From a bacterium (GTDB taxonomy: Bacteria; Zhuqueibacterota; Zhuqueibacteria; Oceanimicrobiales; Oceanimicrobiaceae): a DNA stretch of 64,000 nt. The position numbers and the translations under genes are program-made. Numbering within the stretch: position 1 is the stretch's first letter; every line of letters starts with the position of its first letter. The stretch covers positions 1 to 64,000 of the forward strand of contig JBHHXN010000006.1 of the NCBI GenBank assembly GCA_046757025.1, read 5' to 3'. Below the pieces are notes generated by a model. The model made no database searches. It was not told the DNA's origin and was given only the letters and a program-made list of their open reading frames with translations. This document shows positions 40,271 through 50,347 of the stretch, piece after piece.

Positions 40271-42064
40271 ATGGACATTGAGACGCTGAGCCGGTTGTTT
40301 TGTCATAATGTTTCGCAATTTAATAAATCTGATTTAATGGTTTACCGCGGAAAGGCAGGCGCTTTCTATAAGATCTCCAGCAATGAATTCAAAGACCGGG
40401 TGATCAATTTTGCACTGGGATTGAAAAAGCTGGGTATCAAGCCGGAATCAAAAGTCATTCTGCTTTCAGAAAATCGTCCTGAATGGCACATTGCCGATTT
40501 TGCCTGCCACCTTTTAAATGCGGTGGTAGTACCGATTTTTCCCACGCTCATCGCCGAACAAATTCAATATATTGTTCAGAATAGCGACAGCGAAGCGATC
40601 ATCCTTTCCAACAAGCAGCAGGCTGGTAAGATCCATCAAATTAAGCCAGAGTTGAAAAAAGTTAAAACGATTGTCACCATGGAGCCGGAAGCGGCTCTGG
40701 AAGAGGATTTGTGTTTCGAAAAAGTCATCGAATGCGGTCGCGAACAGGACGATGCCGGATTTTTTGAGAAAGCCGTTCAATCCGCAGATGCGGACACCGT
40801 GGCCACGATCATCTACACATCTGGCACCACCGGCGCGCCCAAAGGGGTCATGCTTACTCACAAAAATATTGTTGCGAACGTAATGGGGTGTTCAAAAGTC
40901 ATCGATATCACCTCCAGCGATCGGGGATTGTCATTTCTACCGCTTTCACACGCATTCGAACGAACGGTGGATTATTTATATTTTTATCGAGGCGCCACGG
41001 TAATTTATTCGAGCATTGACCGCGTTGCGGAGGACATGCTGGAAACTCAGCCTACCATCATGGCTTCGGTACCGCGGTTCTACGAAAAAGTCAAATCAAA
41101 AATTGAATCCAATGTTCAACAGAGCGGTTTTATAAAACAAAAGCTGTTTCACTGGGCGATTCAGATTGGTCGCCAAAAATTTCAAACGGACATGAATTCG
41201 CACAAACGAGGGCTGAAATTGAGTTTGTTTTTTGGAATAGCTAACAAATTGGTTTTATCGAAAATACGAGCCCGCACGGGCGATAGAATAAAGTATTTTA
41301 TTTCTGGCGGCGCGCCGCTTTCAAGCGACGTTGCACAATTTTTTTTCGCCACCGGCTTGAAGATTTTAGAGGGGTACGGTTTAACCGAAACCGCACCGGT
41401 CATCACGGTGAATCGTCCTCAAAAACCCAAAATTGGCACCGTCGGGCAATTACTGCCGGGCAACGAAGTCAAAATTGCTGAAGATGGAGAAATCCTGACC
41501 CGAGGCCCAAATGTCATGAAAGGTTACTACAAATTGCCGGCTGAGACGGCGGAAGTCATGGTGGATGAGTGGTTTCATACCGGCGACATCGGTTCATTGG
41601 ATGAGGAAGGCTTTCTCTCCATCACCGATCGCAAAAAACAATTGATTGTGACTTCCGTCGGCAAAAAGGTCGCACCCCAGGCCATCGAAAAGGAAGTGGA
41701 GAACAGTCCGTATATTGAACAGGTTTTGCTCATCGGCGAAAAGCGCAACTTCATCAGCGCTTTGATCGTTCCGGATTTTGAAGCCCTGGAAATTTTTGCG
41801 AAAAAAAATAAACTCCGTTACCAAAATCGGTCTGACTTGCTCCGGCAAGCTGCTATTTTGGATTTGATTCAGAAAGAAGTCGATGCCCGGCAGTCTATAT
41901 TTTCAAATTACGAAAAAATTCGAAAATTCCAGCTTTTGACCGAACCTTTCACCATTGAAAATGATCAGTTAACACCCACCCTGAAAATAAAAAGGCGGGT
42001 GGTGGAAAAAAAATATGCGGATTTGATCGAAAGCCTGTACCAGGAGAAACCAGACAATAAATAA
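40271..42064 (+). CDS. Long-chain fatty acid--CoA ligase
   Basis: IIYTSGTTGAPKGVMLTH, EGYGLTET, WFHTGDIG, ITDRKK, LTPTLKIKR; start at MDIET inferred. Confidence 0.92.
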   Translation: MDIETLSRLFCHNVSQFNKSDLMVYRGKAGAFYKISSNEFKDRVINFALGLKKLGIKPESKVILLSENRPEWHIADFACHLLNAVVVPIFPTLIAEQIQYIVQNSDSEAIILSNKQQAGKIHQIKPELKKVKTIVTMEPEAALEEDLCFEKVIECGREQDDAGFFEKAVQSADADTVATIIYTSGTTGAPKGVMLTHKNIVANVMGCSKVIDITSSDRGLSFLPLSHAFERTVDYLYFYRGATVIYSSIDRVAEDMLETQPTIMASVPRFYEKVKSKIESNVQQSGFIKQKLFHWAIQIGRQKFQTDMNSHKRGLKLSLFFGIANKLVLSKIRARTGDRIKYFISGGAPLSSDVAQFFFATGLKILEGYGLTETAPVITVNRPQKPKIGTVGQLLPGNEVKIAEDGEILTRGPNVMKGYYKLPAETAEVMVDEWFHTGDIGSLDEEGFLSITDRKKQLIVTSVGKKVAPQAIEKEVENSPYIEQVLLIGEKRNFISALIVPDFEALEIFAKKNKLRYQNRSDLLRQAAILDLIQKEVDARQSIFSNYEKIRKFQLLTEPFTIENDQLTPTLKIKRRVVEKKYADLIESLYQEKPDNK

Positions 42065-42129
42065 AATATCATTTGCATTTTAATTATCGAATTTCTATAT
42101 TCGGTGAATTAAAATAGAGAAATCAAATT

Positions 42130-42240
42130 ATGTTTAAAAATTCATCAGCCAATCAGCTTCATATACCTTTTCATCATCACCATCATGTATTCTTGATGGT
42201 GAGTTGTGTGATTGCGCACAGGTACCGGTTGATGAAATAG
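42130..42240 (+). CDS. hisL: his operon leader peptide, 36 aa: MFKNSSANQLHIPFHHHHHVFLMVSCVIAHRYRLMK
   Basis: Five consecutive His codons upstream of hisG, followed by a terminator. Confidence 0.85.
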   Translation: MFKNSSANQLHIPFHHHHHVFLMVSCVIAHRYRLMK

Positions 42241-42308
42241 AATAATCCATACTTCGTAATAAATCACATAACCCGCTATCAAGTTTCGGTAGCGGGTTTT
42301 TTGTTTTA
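42177..42308 (+). promoter_or_regulatory. Histidine transcription attenuator
   Basis: Hairpin TCACCATCA/TGATGGTGA over the His codons; antiterminator GTTGTGTGATT/AATCACATAAC; terminator AACCCGCTATC/GGTAGCGGGTT plus T-run. Confidence 0.8.
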
Positions 42309-42322
42309 ATTAGAAAAGGGAA

Positions 42323-43204
42323 GTGACTTTTACCATGAATCTGAAAATTGGTTTACCAAAAGGCAGTCTTCAGGAAGCGACTTTAAATTTGATGCGAAAA
42401 GCCGGCTTCAATTTTTCCATTCGCGATCGCTCTTATTTTCCTGCCAGCGATGATGACGAGTTAGAAGCCATTCTCATCCGGGCGCAGGAAATCGCTCGTT
42501 ACGTTTACGACGGCGTGCTCGATGTGGGCATCACCGGCAAAGATTGGATCCTTGAAAGCGGGAAGGAAGTGGTTGAAGTGACTGAGCTTATTTACTCAAA
42601 AGCGAGTTTTCGTCCAGTGCGCTGGGTTGTGGCGGTGCCGGAAAATTCAATCATTAAAACCATTGAAGAGTTAAATGGGAAAAGAATCGCCACCGAAGCC
42701 GTGAGCATCACCAAAAAATATCTGGCGCAGAAAAATATTCAGGCAGAAGTGGAGTTTTCATGGGGCGCCACCGAAGCCAAAACCCCGGAGCTGGTGGATG
42801 CTATCGTGGAAATCACCGAGTCGGGCGCCTCCTTGCGGGCGAATAATTTACGTATTCTGGACACGGTTTTAACGTCCACGGTCAGGCTCATCGCCAACAA
42901 AAATAGCTTTGAGGAGCCCTGGAAAAAAGAAAAAATCCAGAGCATCGCCTTGCTCATGCATGGCGCGATTCAGGCAAGCGGTAAAGTCGGCCTAAAACTC
43001 AATTTAAAAAAATCGGATATCGATAAAGTCCGGTCTATTTTGCCGGCTATGAAACGACCCACCATCTCGCCGCTGTTAGGAAACGAATGGGTGGCGCTGG
43101 AGACCATCGTCGATGAAAAAGTGGTGCGTACCATCATCCCATTGCTTAAAAAAGCCGGCGCAGAAGACATTATTGAATATCCTTTAAATAAAGTGATAAA
43201 GTGA
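42323..43204 (+). CDS. hisG: ATP phosphoribosyltransferase, long form
   Basis: [32 protein letters not shown]-terminal PTISPL...GAEDIIE. Confidence 0.95.
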   Translation: MTFTMNLKIGLPKGSLQEATLNLMRKAGFNFSIRDRSYFPASDDDELEAILIRAQEIARYVYDGVLDVGITGKDWILESGKEVVEVTELIYSKASFRPVRWVVAVPENSIIKTIEELNGKRIATEAVSITKKYLAQKNIQAEVEFSWGATEAKTPELVDAIVEITESGASLRANNLRILDTVLTSTVRLIANKNSFEEPWKKEKIQSIALLMHGAIQASGKVGLKLNLKKSDIDKVRSILPAMKRPTISPLLGNEWVALETIVDEKVVRTIIPLLKKAGAEDIIEYPLNKVIK

Positions 43205-43207
43205 AAA

Positions 43208-44479
43208 ATGCTAAAACTTTTTAATTCACCTGAATCTTTCTTGCAGGTGCAATCCACCAAAATGGACACCGACGAGGCGGTAGCTGAACAAGTGCGCAAA
43301 ATCATCGTAAAAGTGCAATCCGAAGGGGATGCCGCTTTGCGTTTTTACACGCATAAATTCGATGGTGTCGCTGTACAGAATTTCAGAACCCCGCAAGAGA
43401 AAATCACGGCGGCAGGAAATAGTCTGCCTGATGAGCTTCGGCAGATTTTTAGCGAAGCCGTGGACAATGTGCATGCGTTTCATCAAAAACAGCTGCCGGT
43501 ATCCTGGAATGACAAAAGCGAAGATGGTACCGAGCTGGGACTGCGTTTTACCCCCATAGCGAGTGTGGGGATTTACGTACCTGGTGGAACCGCCGCCTAT
43601 CCATCCACGGTGATCATGACGGCGGTGCCAGCGCAAATCGCCGCAGTACCGCAGATTGCGTTGGTTTCGCCACCGGATCGAAACGGTTGCGTGAATCCGC
43701 TGGTTCTGGCGGTGGCCAATCTGCTGGGCATTCGAGACGTTTTCGCCGTCGGCGGCGCCCAGGCCATCGCTGCCCTGACTTACGGCACGGACACGATCCC
43801 AAAAGTCGATAAAATTATCGGGCCGGGCAATGCATTCGTAAACGAAGCGAAAAGACAGGTCTTCGGTCTGGTGGGAATCGATGCCCTGGCCGGTCCAACG
43901 GAGCTGGTGATTCTTGCGGATGAAAGCGCGCCACCAGAATGGGTCGTTCGAGATCTGTGTGCGCAGGCTGAGCATGACGTTGCGGCGCGGGTGATCTTGA
44001 TTTCCACGTCCAGATTGTTAATTCAGGAAGTCAACAATATTTTGCAAGCGTACATCAGCAAGGTTAAACGGAATGATATTTTACAGCAATCGTTGCGCGA
44101 TCACGGGGCGGCTATTGTACTGAAGGAAATCCAGGAAGCTTACGAGCTAATTAATAAAATCGCTCCCGAGCATCTTGAAATCATGACAAAAAATCCCGAA
44201 CACAATTTTTCCCACATTCAAAATGCCGGCGCTATTTTTCTGGGCAAATACTCGCCAGCAGTGGTGGGAGATTATTTTGCCGGCAGTAACCACGTTTTGC
44301 CCACCGGCCGCAACGCGAGATTTGAATCGCCACTAAGCGTGTGGGATTTTATGAAATTCTCTTCCATCGTCAAATACTCGAAATCACGATTCAAAAAAGA
44401 CGTTAGGAAAATTGCACGTTTTGCTGAATTGGAAAATCTCTTTAACCATCAGGCTGCTATGGAGTGTCGAAATGAATAG
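43208..44479 (+). CDS. hisD: Histidinol dehydrogenase
   Basis: GIYVPGG, GPGNAFV, AGPTE, QAEHD, APEHLE, GSNHVLPT. Confidence 0.95.
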   Translation: MLKLFNSPESFLQVQSTKMDTDEAVAEQVRKIIVKVQSEGDAALRFYTHKFDGVAVQNFRTPQEKITAAGNSLPDELRQIFSEAVDNVHAFHQKQLPVSWNDKSEDGTELGLRFTPIASVGIYVPGGTAAYPSTVIMTAVPAQIAAVPQIALVSPPDRNGCVNPLVLAVANLLGIRDVFAVGGAQAIAALTYGTDTIPKVDKIIGPGNAFVNEAKRQVFGLVGIDALAGPTELVILADESAPPEWVVRDLCAQAEHDVAARVILISTSRLLIQEVNNILQAYISKVKRNDILQQSLRDHGAAIVLKEIQEAYELINKIAPEHLEIMTKNPEHNFSHIQNAGAIFLGKYSPAVVGDYFAGSNHVLPTGRNARFESPLSVWDFMKFSSIVKYSKSRFKKDVRKIARFAELENLFNHQAAMECRNE

Positions 44480-45551
44480 TTATCTCAAAAACATCAAATC
44501 GTCTATCCGCGAGCTTACTCCCTACACATTGGTACAGCATGAGTTCAAGGTGAAAATAAATCAAAACGAAAGTCCGTTTGATCTGCCTGATTGGCTCAAG
44601 CAAGAAATTCTGGCGGAATGCCTACAACTTTCCTGGAATCGCTATCCGTCGTTCAATCCGAATCGGTTGCTGGAACGATTAGCTGCGTTGTTGAAAATTT
44701 CTTCAGAGCAGCTACTCGTGGGAAACGGCTCCAATGAGCTGTTGCAGCTTCTTATGACCGCTGTTTTAAATGAACAAAAAAAGCTGCTGCTTGTTCAACC
44801 AACTTTTTTGATCTATCAGAAAGTCTGTTCACTCACTGGCGCTGAACCCATCCGCCTGGAATTTGCTGCAGACTGGTCTTTTCCTGTTGAAGCAATTCTC
44901 GAGGTCATCGAAAAAAACAAGGTGGCTCTTTGTATTTTTTGTTCGCCGAACAATCCCACCGGCTCCACACTCAAAGCGAAGGATTTGCGGAAAATACTAG
45001 AGCGCACCTCCGGCCTGGTGTTAGTGGATGAAGCTTATCATGAATTTTCAAATGAGCGTTATTTGAATCTTCTCCCCCTGTATCAAAACTTGATATTGAC
45101 ACGAACGTTTTCCAAAGCCCTTGGGCTGGCCGGACTGCGTGTTGGTTATTTAATCGCGCATCCTGCTATCATCACCGAATTGCGCAAAGCCAAATTACCC
45201 TACAATTTGAATGCGTTCTCAGAAATTGTGGCTGCAAAATCGTTGCAGCATTTTGATTTAATCGAAATAAATATCCAGAAGATAAAAACAGAAAAGCGGC
45301 GCTTGGTACAGGCTCTCTCCGATATTCCAGAAAACACGGTTTATCCGTCGCAGGCAAATTTTTTCATGCTGGAAACGCCGGTTGCAGCGAAGGCACTTTT
45401 CGATTATTTAATCAAACGCGGAGTTTGGGTGCGAGACATTTCCCAACATCACCCACGCCTTCAAAACGTTTTGAGGATCACCGTGGGTAAAAAGTCGGAG
45501 AACGACCGCCTGTTTGAGCTGATTGAAAATTTTATTAGGAGTGAAATCTAA
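44472..45551 (+). CDS. hisC: Histidinol-phosphate aminotransferase
   Basis: NQNESP, GNGSNE, SPNNPTG, DEAY, RTFSKALGLAGLRVGY. Confidence 0.95.
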   Translation: MNSYLKNIKSSIRELTPYTLVQHEFKVKINQNESPFDLPDWLKQEILAECLQLSWNRYPSFNPNRLLERLAALLKISSEQLLVGNGSNELLQLLMTAVLNEQKKLLLVQPTFLIYQKVCSLTGAEPIRLEFAADWSFPVEAILEVIEKNKVALCIFCSPNNPTGSTLKAKDLRKILERTSGLVLVDEAYHEFSNERYLNLLPLYQNLILTRTFSKALGLAGLRVGYLIAHPAIITELRKAKLPYNLNAFSEIVAAKSLQHFDLIEINIQKIKTEKRRLVQALSDIPENTVYPSQANFFMLETPVAAKALFDYLIKRGVWVRDISQHHPRLQNVLRITVGKKSENDRLFELIENFIRSEI

Positions 45552-45623
45552 AAGACCTTTTTGCAAAAAAAAGCGGCAGTTTTAAAGTTCAATTAAAAAT
45601 ATTCACTAAATGAAAACAGGAAA

Positions 45624-46202
45624 ATGGCCAAAATAAAAAGAATCACCAAAGAGACGAACGTAGTACTTGAACTAACGTTAAGCGGTGAAGGTAAAAGTGA
45701 AATCGCAACGGGGATCGGATTTTTTGACCACCTGCTTGAGCTCTTGGCATTTCACGGCTGCTTCGATTTAAAAGTCCAGTGTGAAGGCGATTTGACCGTT
45801 TGTGGGCACCATTCCGTGGAAGACGTCGGCATGGTTTTGGGGCAGGCTTTCTTCCAGGAGTGGCAGGTCTCGAAAGATCTTCAGCGATTTGGACAGGCGC
45901 ACATTCCCATGGACGACGCCCTGGCAAGCGCGGTGGTGGACATTTCGGGTAGATCTTTTCTGGTGTTTCACGCTGAATTTAAAAGTCCCAAAGTGGGAGA
46001 TTTTGAAACCGAACTGGTTCGAGAGTTTTTTCAGGCCTTTGTGAGTCACGGCCGAATCAATTTGCATTTGCAGGTGCTTTATGGCGAGAATACCCACCAC
46101 CAGATTGAAGCTCTGTTTAAAGCGGCAGCGGTAGCTTTACGTCGCGCCCTCCGGCTGGATTCGGAGCGAAAAGGCGTGGCTTCCACTAAAGGAAAACTTT
46201 AA
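45624..46202 (+). CDS. hisB: Imidazoleglycerol-phosphate dehydratase, monofunctional
   Basis: TGIGFFDHLL, HHSVED, PMDDAL, NTHHQIEA, STKG. Confidence 0.95.
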   Translation: MAKIKRITKETNVVLELTLSGEGKSEIATGIGFFDHLLELLAFHGCFDLKVQCEGDLTVCGHHSVEDVGMVLGQAFFQEWQVSKDLQRFGQAHIPMDDALASAVVDISGRSFLVFHAEFKSPKVGDFETELVREFFQAFVSHGRINLHLQVLYGENTHHQIEALFKAAAVALRRALRLDSERKGVASTKGKL

Positions 46203-46225
46203 AGGATGCGAGTTTGGTGTAAAAT

Positions 46226-46828
46226 ATGAGAATTTCAATCGCTGACTATGGCGTGGGTAACCTGAAAAGTTTGCAAAACGCGTTTTGGTATTTAGGCGTA
46301 AAATCAAAAATTATTCGGACCCCGGAAGAGCTGCGGCGCGCAAGTAAGATCGTTCTGCCAGGAGTCGGGGCGTTTGGTTACGCCATGCGCAACATTCGAA
46401 GCCAGAACCTTGAAACCGCCATCAAAGAAACCGCGCAGCACGGAACGCCGATATTAGGCATTTGCCTGGGGATGCAGTTATTGCTGACCAAAAGCGATGA
46501 AGGCGGCTGCTTTTACGGGTTGGATTTGCTTCCGGGCTGCGTGAAAAAGATGCCGGTGAAATTGAAATTGCCACACATCGGTTGGAATCAAATCAAATCG
46601 GTGGCCCATTCACAACTTCTGGCCGATTTGCCTGATTCAAATTACGGTTATTTCGTGCATTCTTACTTTTGCGCGCTGGGCGATTCGCAATTCGTGCAGG
46701 CGACCACCAACTATGGATTTACTTTCACATCGGTTTTTGTAAAAGAAAATATTTTTGGTGTGCAGTTCCATCCGGAAAAAAGTCAGGAATTGGGATTGCG
46801 TATTTTACAGAATTTTGCGGAGATGTAA
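46226..46828 (+). CDS. hisH: Imidazole glycerol phosphate synthase glutaminase subunit
   Basis: LPGVGAF, GICLGMQ, PHIGWN, QFHPEKS. Confidence 0.95.
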   Translation: MRISIADYGVGNLKSLQNAFWYLGVKSKIIRTPEELRRASKIVLPGVGAFGYAMRNIRSQNLETAIKETAQHGTPILGICLGMQLLLTKSDEGGCFYGLDLLPGCVKKMPVKLKLPHIGWNQIKSVAHSQLLADLPDSNYGYFVHSYFCALGDSQFVQATTNYGFTFTSVFVKENIFGVQFHPEKSQELGLRILQNFAEM

Positions 46829-46830
46829 AA

Positions 46831-47544
46831 ATGCTCATCATTCCAGCCATCGACATCAAAGACGGCGCCTGTGTGCGGTTACAGCAGGGTGCATTTAACG
46901 CTAAAACGATCTACGCTCACGACCCCATTGAAATCGCTCAACATTTTAAATCATCTGGGGCTAAAAAATTACACGTGGTAGATTTGGACGGCGCCGAATC
47001 TGGCACTTCCCAAAATACCGATGTCATCAATAAAATGATCAATCAGGTGGCGCTCCCGATTCAGTTAGGCGGCGGAATACGCTCGCTAAACGCCATGAAA
47101 TTTTGGCTGGATGCCGGCGTGGAGAAGGTCATCGTAGGCTCGCTGGCAGCACACAATCCAGAGCAGTTGTTTGAAGCGCTGAATAAATATGAGCCCGAAC
47201 AAATCATTTTGGCAGTGGATGCCATAGGAGGCAGAGTGGCGGTTCGCGGCTGGCAGGAAAGCACGTCTATTACCGCCTTAGATATGATCTTAAAATTTAA
47301 ACCTGCGGGATTGCAGCGACTGCTTTATACCGACATTTTGAGGGATGGCATGCTCACCGGGCCGAACCTCCAAGCAACCAAACATATCGCACAAAGCTCC
47401 GGTTTGAAAGTCATCGCTTCGGGCGGCGTTTCGTCAAAGCAGGATTTGGATGATCTTAAAAAATTGCAAGATTACGGCGTGGACAGTGTGGTGGTGGGCA
47501 AAGCATTTTATGAACGCCTAATTTTACCCGAAGAGGTTCTTTAA
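46831..47544 (+). CDS. hisA: ProFAR isomerase
   Basis: MLIIPAIDI, LHVVDLDGA, GGGIR, TDILRDGML, ASGGV. Confidence 0.95.
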   Translation: MLIIPAIDIKDGACVRLQQGAFNAKTIYAHDPIEIAQHFKSSGAKKLHVVDLDGAESGTSQNTDVINKMINQVALPIQLGGGIRSLNAMKFWLDAGVEKVIVGSLAAHNPEQLFEALNKYEPEQIILAVDAIGGRVAVRGWQESTSITALDMILKFKPAGLQRLLYTDILRDGMLTGPNLQATKHIAQSSGLKVIASGGVSSKQDLDDLKKLQDYGVDSVVVGKAFYERLILPEEVL

Positions 47545-48302
47545 TGCTGGCCAAAAGAATCATTCCTTGCCTAGATGTGAAAGCCGGCCGAGTGGTCAAA
47601 GGGGTACAATTTCAGAATTTGAAAGACGCAGGAGATCCGGTCGAGCTGGCAAAACATTATGTACGGGAAAGGGCCGATGAGTTGGTGTTTTTGGATATCA
47701 CGGCCACCCAGGAGCAGCGGCCGCTTGTTTACAATCTGGTTGAACGGATCGCGGATCAAGTTTTTATTCCGTTCACTATCGGCGGCGGTTTAACTTCGGT
47801 ATCTGAAATTCGGGAGATTTTAACGCGCGGCGCCGACAAGATCGCACTGAACACCGCGGCTGTCTTAAATCCTGAGCTGATTAAACAAGCTGCAGAAAAT
47901 TTCGGTTCACAGTGCGTAGTGGTGGCAATGGATGTTAAAAGACAACCAAATGGGTGCTATCAGGTGTACACCCACGGCGGTAACCGAGCCACACATCTCG
48001 ATGCTCTGGAGTGGGCGCTGAAAGCAGAAGCATTGGGGGCAGGAGAAATCTTGCTTACCAGCATGGATCGCGATGGCAGCAACCGCGGCTTTGATTTGCA
48101 GATCACCTATAAAATTTCGACTTCGGTGAATATTCCCGTTATCGCCTCGGGCGGGGGCGGCAAACTCGACCATTTTGTAGAAGTGTTTGAACAGGGCAAA
48201 GCGGATGCCGCACTAGCTGCGTCCGTTTTTCATTTCAATAAATTTAACATAAAAGAAGTCAAAGCGCATTTAATGAATCATAACATCGTGGTGAGAAAAT
48301 GA
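47544..48302 (+). CDS. hisF: Imidazole glycerol phosphate synthase cyclase subunit
   Basis: [41 protein letters not shown]. Confidence 0.95.
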   Translation: MLAKRIIPCLDVKAGRVVKGVQFQNLKDAGDPVELAKHYVRERADELVFLDITATQEQRPLVYNLVERIADQVFIPFTIGGGLTSVSEIREILTRGADKIALNTAAVLNPELIKQAAENFGSQCVVVAMDVKRQPNGCYQVYTHGGNRATHLDALEWALKAEALGAGEILLTSMDRDGSNRGFDLQITYKISTSVNIPVIASGGGGKLDHFVEVFEQGKADAALAASVFHFNKFNIKEVKAHLMNHNIVVRK

Positions 48303-48625
48303 CCATAGAAAATTTACCTAAATTAAAATATGACCAGAATGGTTTCATACCTGCCATTGCACAAGATCATCAAACGAAAGAGATTTTGATGTTGGCCTAT
48401 ATGAATCGGGAAAGTCTGGAAATTACTTTGAAAGAAAAAAAAGCTTGTTATTTTTCTCGCTCCCGGAAAAAACTCTGGCGGAAAGGGGAGACCAGCGGCC
48501 ATTTTCAAATCATCAAATCCATAAAATACGACTGCGATGCCGATGCGCTGCTTTTACAGATCGAGCAGATTGGCGCTGCCTGTCACACAGGGCATCGCAG
48601 CTGCTTTTATCGTTCCCTTATATAA
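48299..48625 (+). CDS. hisI: Phosphoribosyl-AMP cyclohydrolase, monofunctional
   Basis: [30 protein letters not shown]. Confidence 0.95.
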   Translation: MTIENLPKLKYDQNGFIPAIAQDHQTKEILMLAYMNRESLEITLKEKKACYFSRSRKKLWRKGETSGHFQIIKSIKYDCDADALLLQIEQIGAACHTGHRSCFYRSLI

Positions 48626-48842
48626 TAAAGATTAGCAGCAACCACTCCGAGAAATTTTGACTGCATCGGACTTTTCATTGAAATTACTTGCCGGTTTCCT
48701 TTGCACAGGCTGTTGTTCAATGAATTCTTTTTGTAGCAGATAGAAACTTAACCTGCACACATTTTCTGCAATTTAATCCAATTGCGGTTGATTCTTTGCT
48801 TCTACTTTAATAAATTTAAAATCAGCAACAAATGCGACTGTT

Positions 48843-48977
48843 TAGTGTCTGAAAGGAAACTCGAGAAATGCGCGATTGGAGAGCCTCTTCGCGAAGGGGT
48901 TAACGCCGAGCTAAACAGGAATTCACCCTCGGCCAGGAGGCCTTCGAGAAGATAGGGTAGTTTTCGGTCAGACATTA
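48843..48977 (-). repeat. Dispersed MITE-like repeat, family A copy 3 (inverted)
   Basis: Ends TAGTGTCTGAAAGGAAACT / AGTTTTCGGTCAGACATTA; reverse complement contains TCTTCTCGAAGGCCTCCTGGCCGAGG core. Confidence 0.8.
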
Positions 48978-49114
48978 TTTCACACAATAATAAATCCGCA
49001 GAATCGACCGAAAATATAAGTGAGTGGAACAGCAAAACAGTAGCGGTTCAAATATACAATGCACCAGAAGGCGACATTCAATCCCATCGTAAACCGAGTA
49101 AATGAGAGAACAAC

Positions 49115-50347
49115 ATGACGAGGAACCGGAACATTCAGACCAAACAAATTCAAAATTTAGCAAACGATATCACAGATGAAATTATTAACCTGCGAAGATA
49201 TTTTCACCAGTACCCGGAGTTGAGCTGGAAGGAACATAAAACCGCCACGCACTTGCGAGAAATTTTAGTGGCTGAGGGTTTGCGGGTGAAATCCGGCATT
49301 TGCGGGACCGGCCTGGTAGCAGAGCTCAACGGTCAAGCGGCGGGTAAAACGCTGGCCATTCGTTCCGACATGGACGGCTTACCGATGTACGACGCAAAAG
49401 ACGTCTCCTTTGCTTCGAAAGTCACGGGCGTGATGCACGCCTGCGGCCACGATGCGCACATGGCCATGGCTGTGGGTGCCGCCCGTGTATTGAACCGACT
49501 CGGATTCGAGCTGTCGGGAAACGTGCGTTTCATTTTTCAGCCCTCGGAAGAAGCTGCACCTAGCGGCGCCAGCGAACTGGTGAAAGAAGGCGTTATGCAA
49601 GACGTGGACAGCATTGTGGCCTTCCATGTTGACCCGGAAATGCCAGTGGGCAAAATCGGATTGCGGGCTGGTATTTTGACCGCACACTGCAACGAGTTTA
49701 ATCTGACTATTTTGGGTAAGAGCGGTCACGCCGCACGTCCTCACCAGGCCATCGATACCATCCATCTCAGCAATCGTGTCATGAGTGCGCTTTACGAAAT
49801 TACCGCCAAACGCACACAGACTTTTTCCCCTGCGGTTTTGTCCATTGGTAAGATTGGGGGCGGAAGCAAAGCTAACATCATCCCCGAGCGCGTAGATATC
49901 CAGGGAACCATTCGCACGGTGGATGAGCAAAGCCAGAATGAAATCCTCAGTGCCATCGAAGAGTCGGTGCATGCAATCACGCGCTCCGCTGGCGGCACCT
50001 ACCAACTGGAATTTCTCTCGCCCGTGCCGTCGGTGGTCAACGATCCCCAGATCACGCAACTCATACGAGAGGCTGCCGCCTCGGTTCTGCAGGAGGACAA
50101 CATTGTCGAGATTCAAAATGTCAGTATGGGCGGGGAAGATTTTTCCTGGTATCTGAAAAATACTCCTGGCGCTCTGATTCGACTGGGCGTGCACAAAGAG
50201 GGAGAAGAAATTCGCTACCTGCACACCCACCATTTTGATATCGACGAGCAGGCCTTGCCCATTGGAGTCGCGCTCATGTGCCAGATCGTGCTGTATTATT
50301 TTTCGGATTCCAATCCTTTTGATGAACCCATTTTGCATGGTCGATAA
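49115..50347 (+). CDS. M20D family amidohydrolase
   Basis: HQYPELS, RSDMDGLP, MHACGHDAH, FQPSEE, GGEDF. Confidence 0.92.
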   Translation: MTRNRNIQTKQIQNLANDITDEIINLRRYFHQYPELSWKEHKTATHLREILVAEGLRVKSGICGTGLVAELNGQAAGKTLAIRSDMDGLPMYDAKDVSFASKVTGVMHACGHDAHMAMAVGAARVLNRLGFELSGNVRFIFQPSEEAAPSGASELVKEGVMQDVDSIVAFHVDPEMPVGKIGLRAGILTAHCNEFNLTILGKSGHAARPHQAIDTIHLSNRVMSALYEITAKRTQTFSPAVLSIGKIGGGSKANIIPERVDIQGTIRTVDEQSQNEILSAIEESVHAITRSAGGTYQLEFLSPVPSVVNDPQITQLIREAAASVLQEDNIVEIQNVSMGGEDFSWYLKNTPGALIRLGVHKEGEEIRYLHTHHFDIDEQALPIGVALMCQIVLYYFSDSNPFDEPILHGR

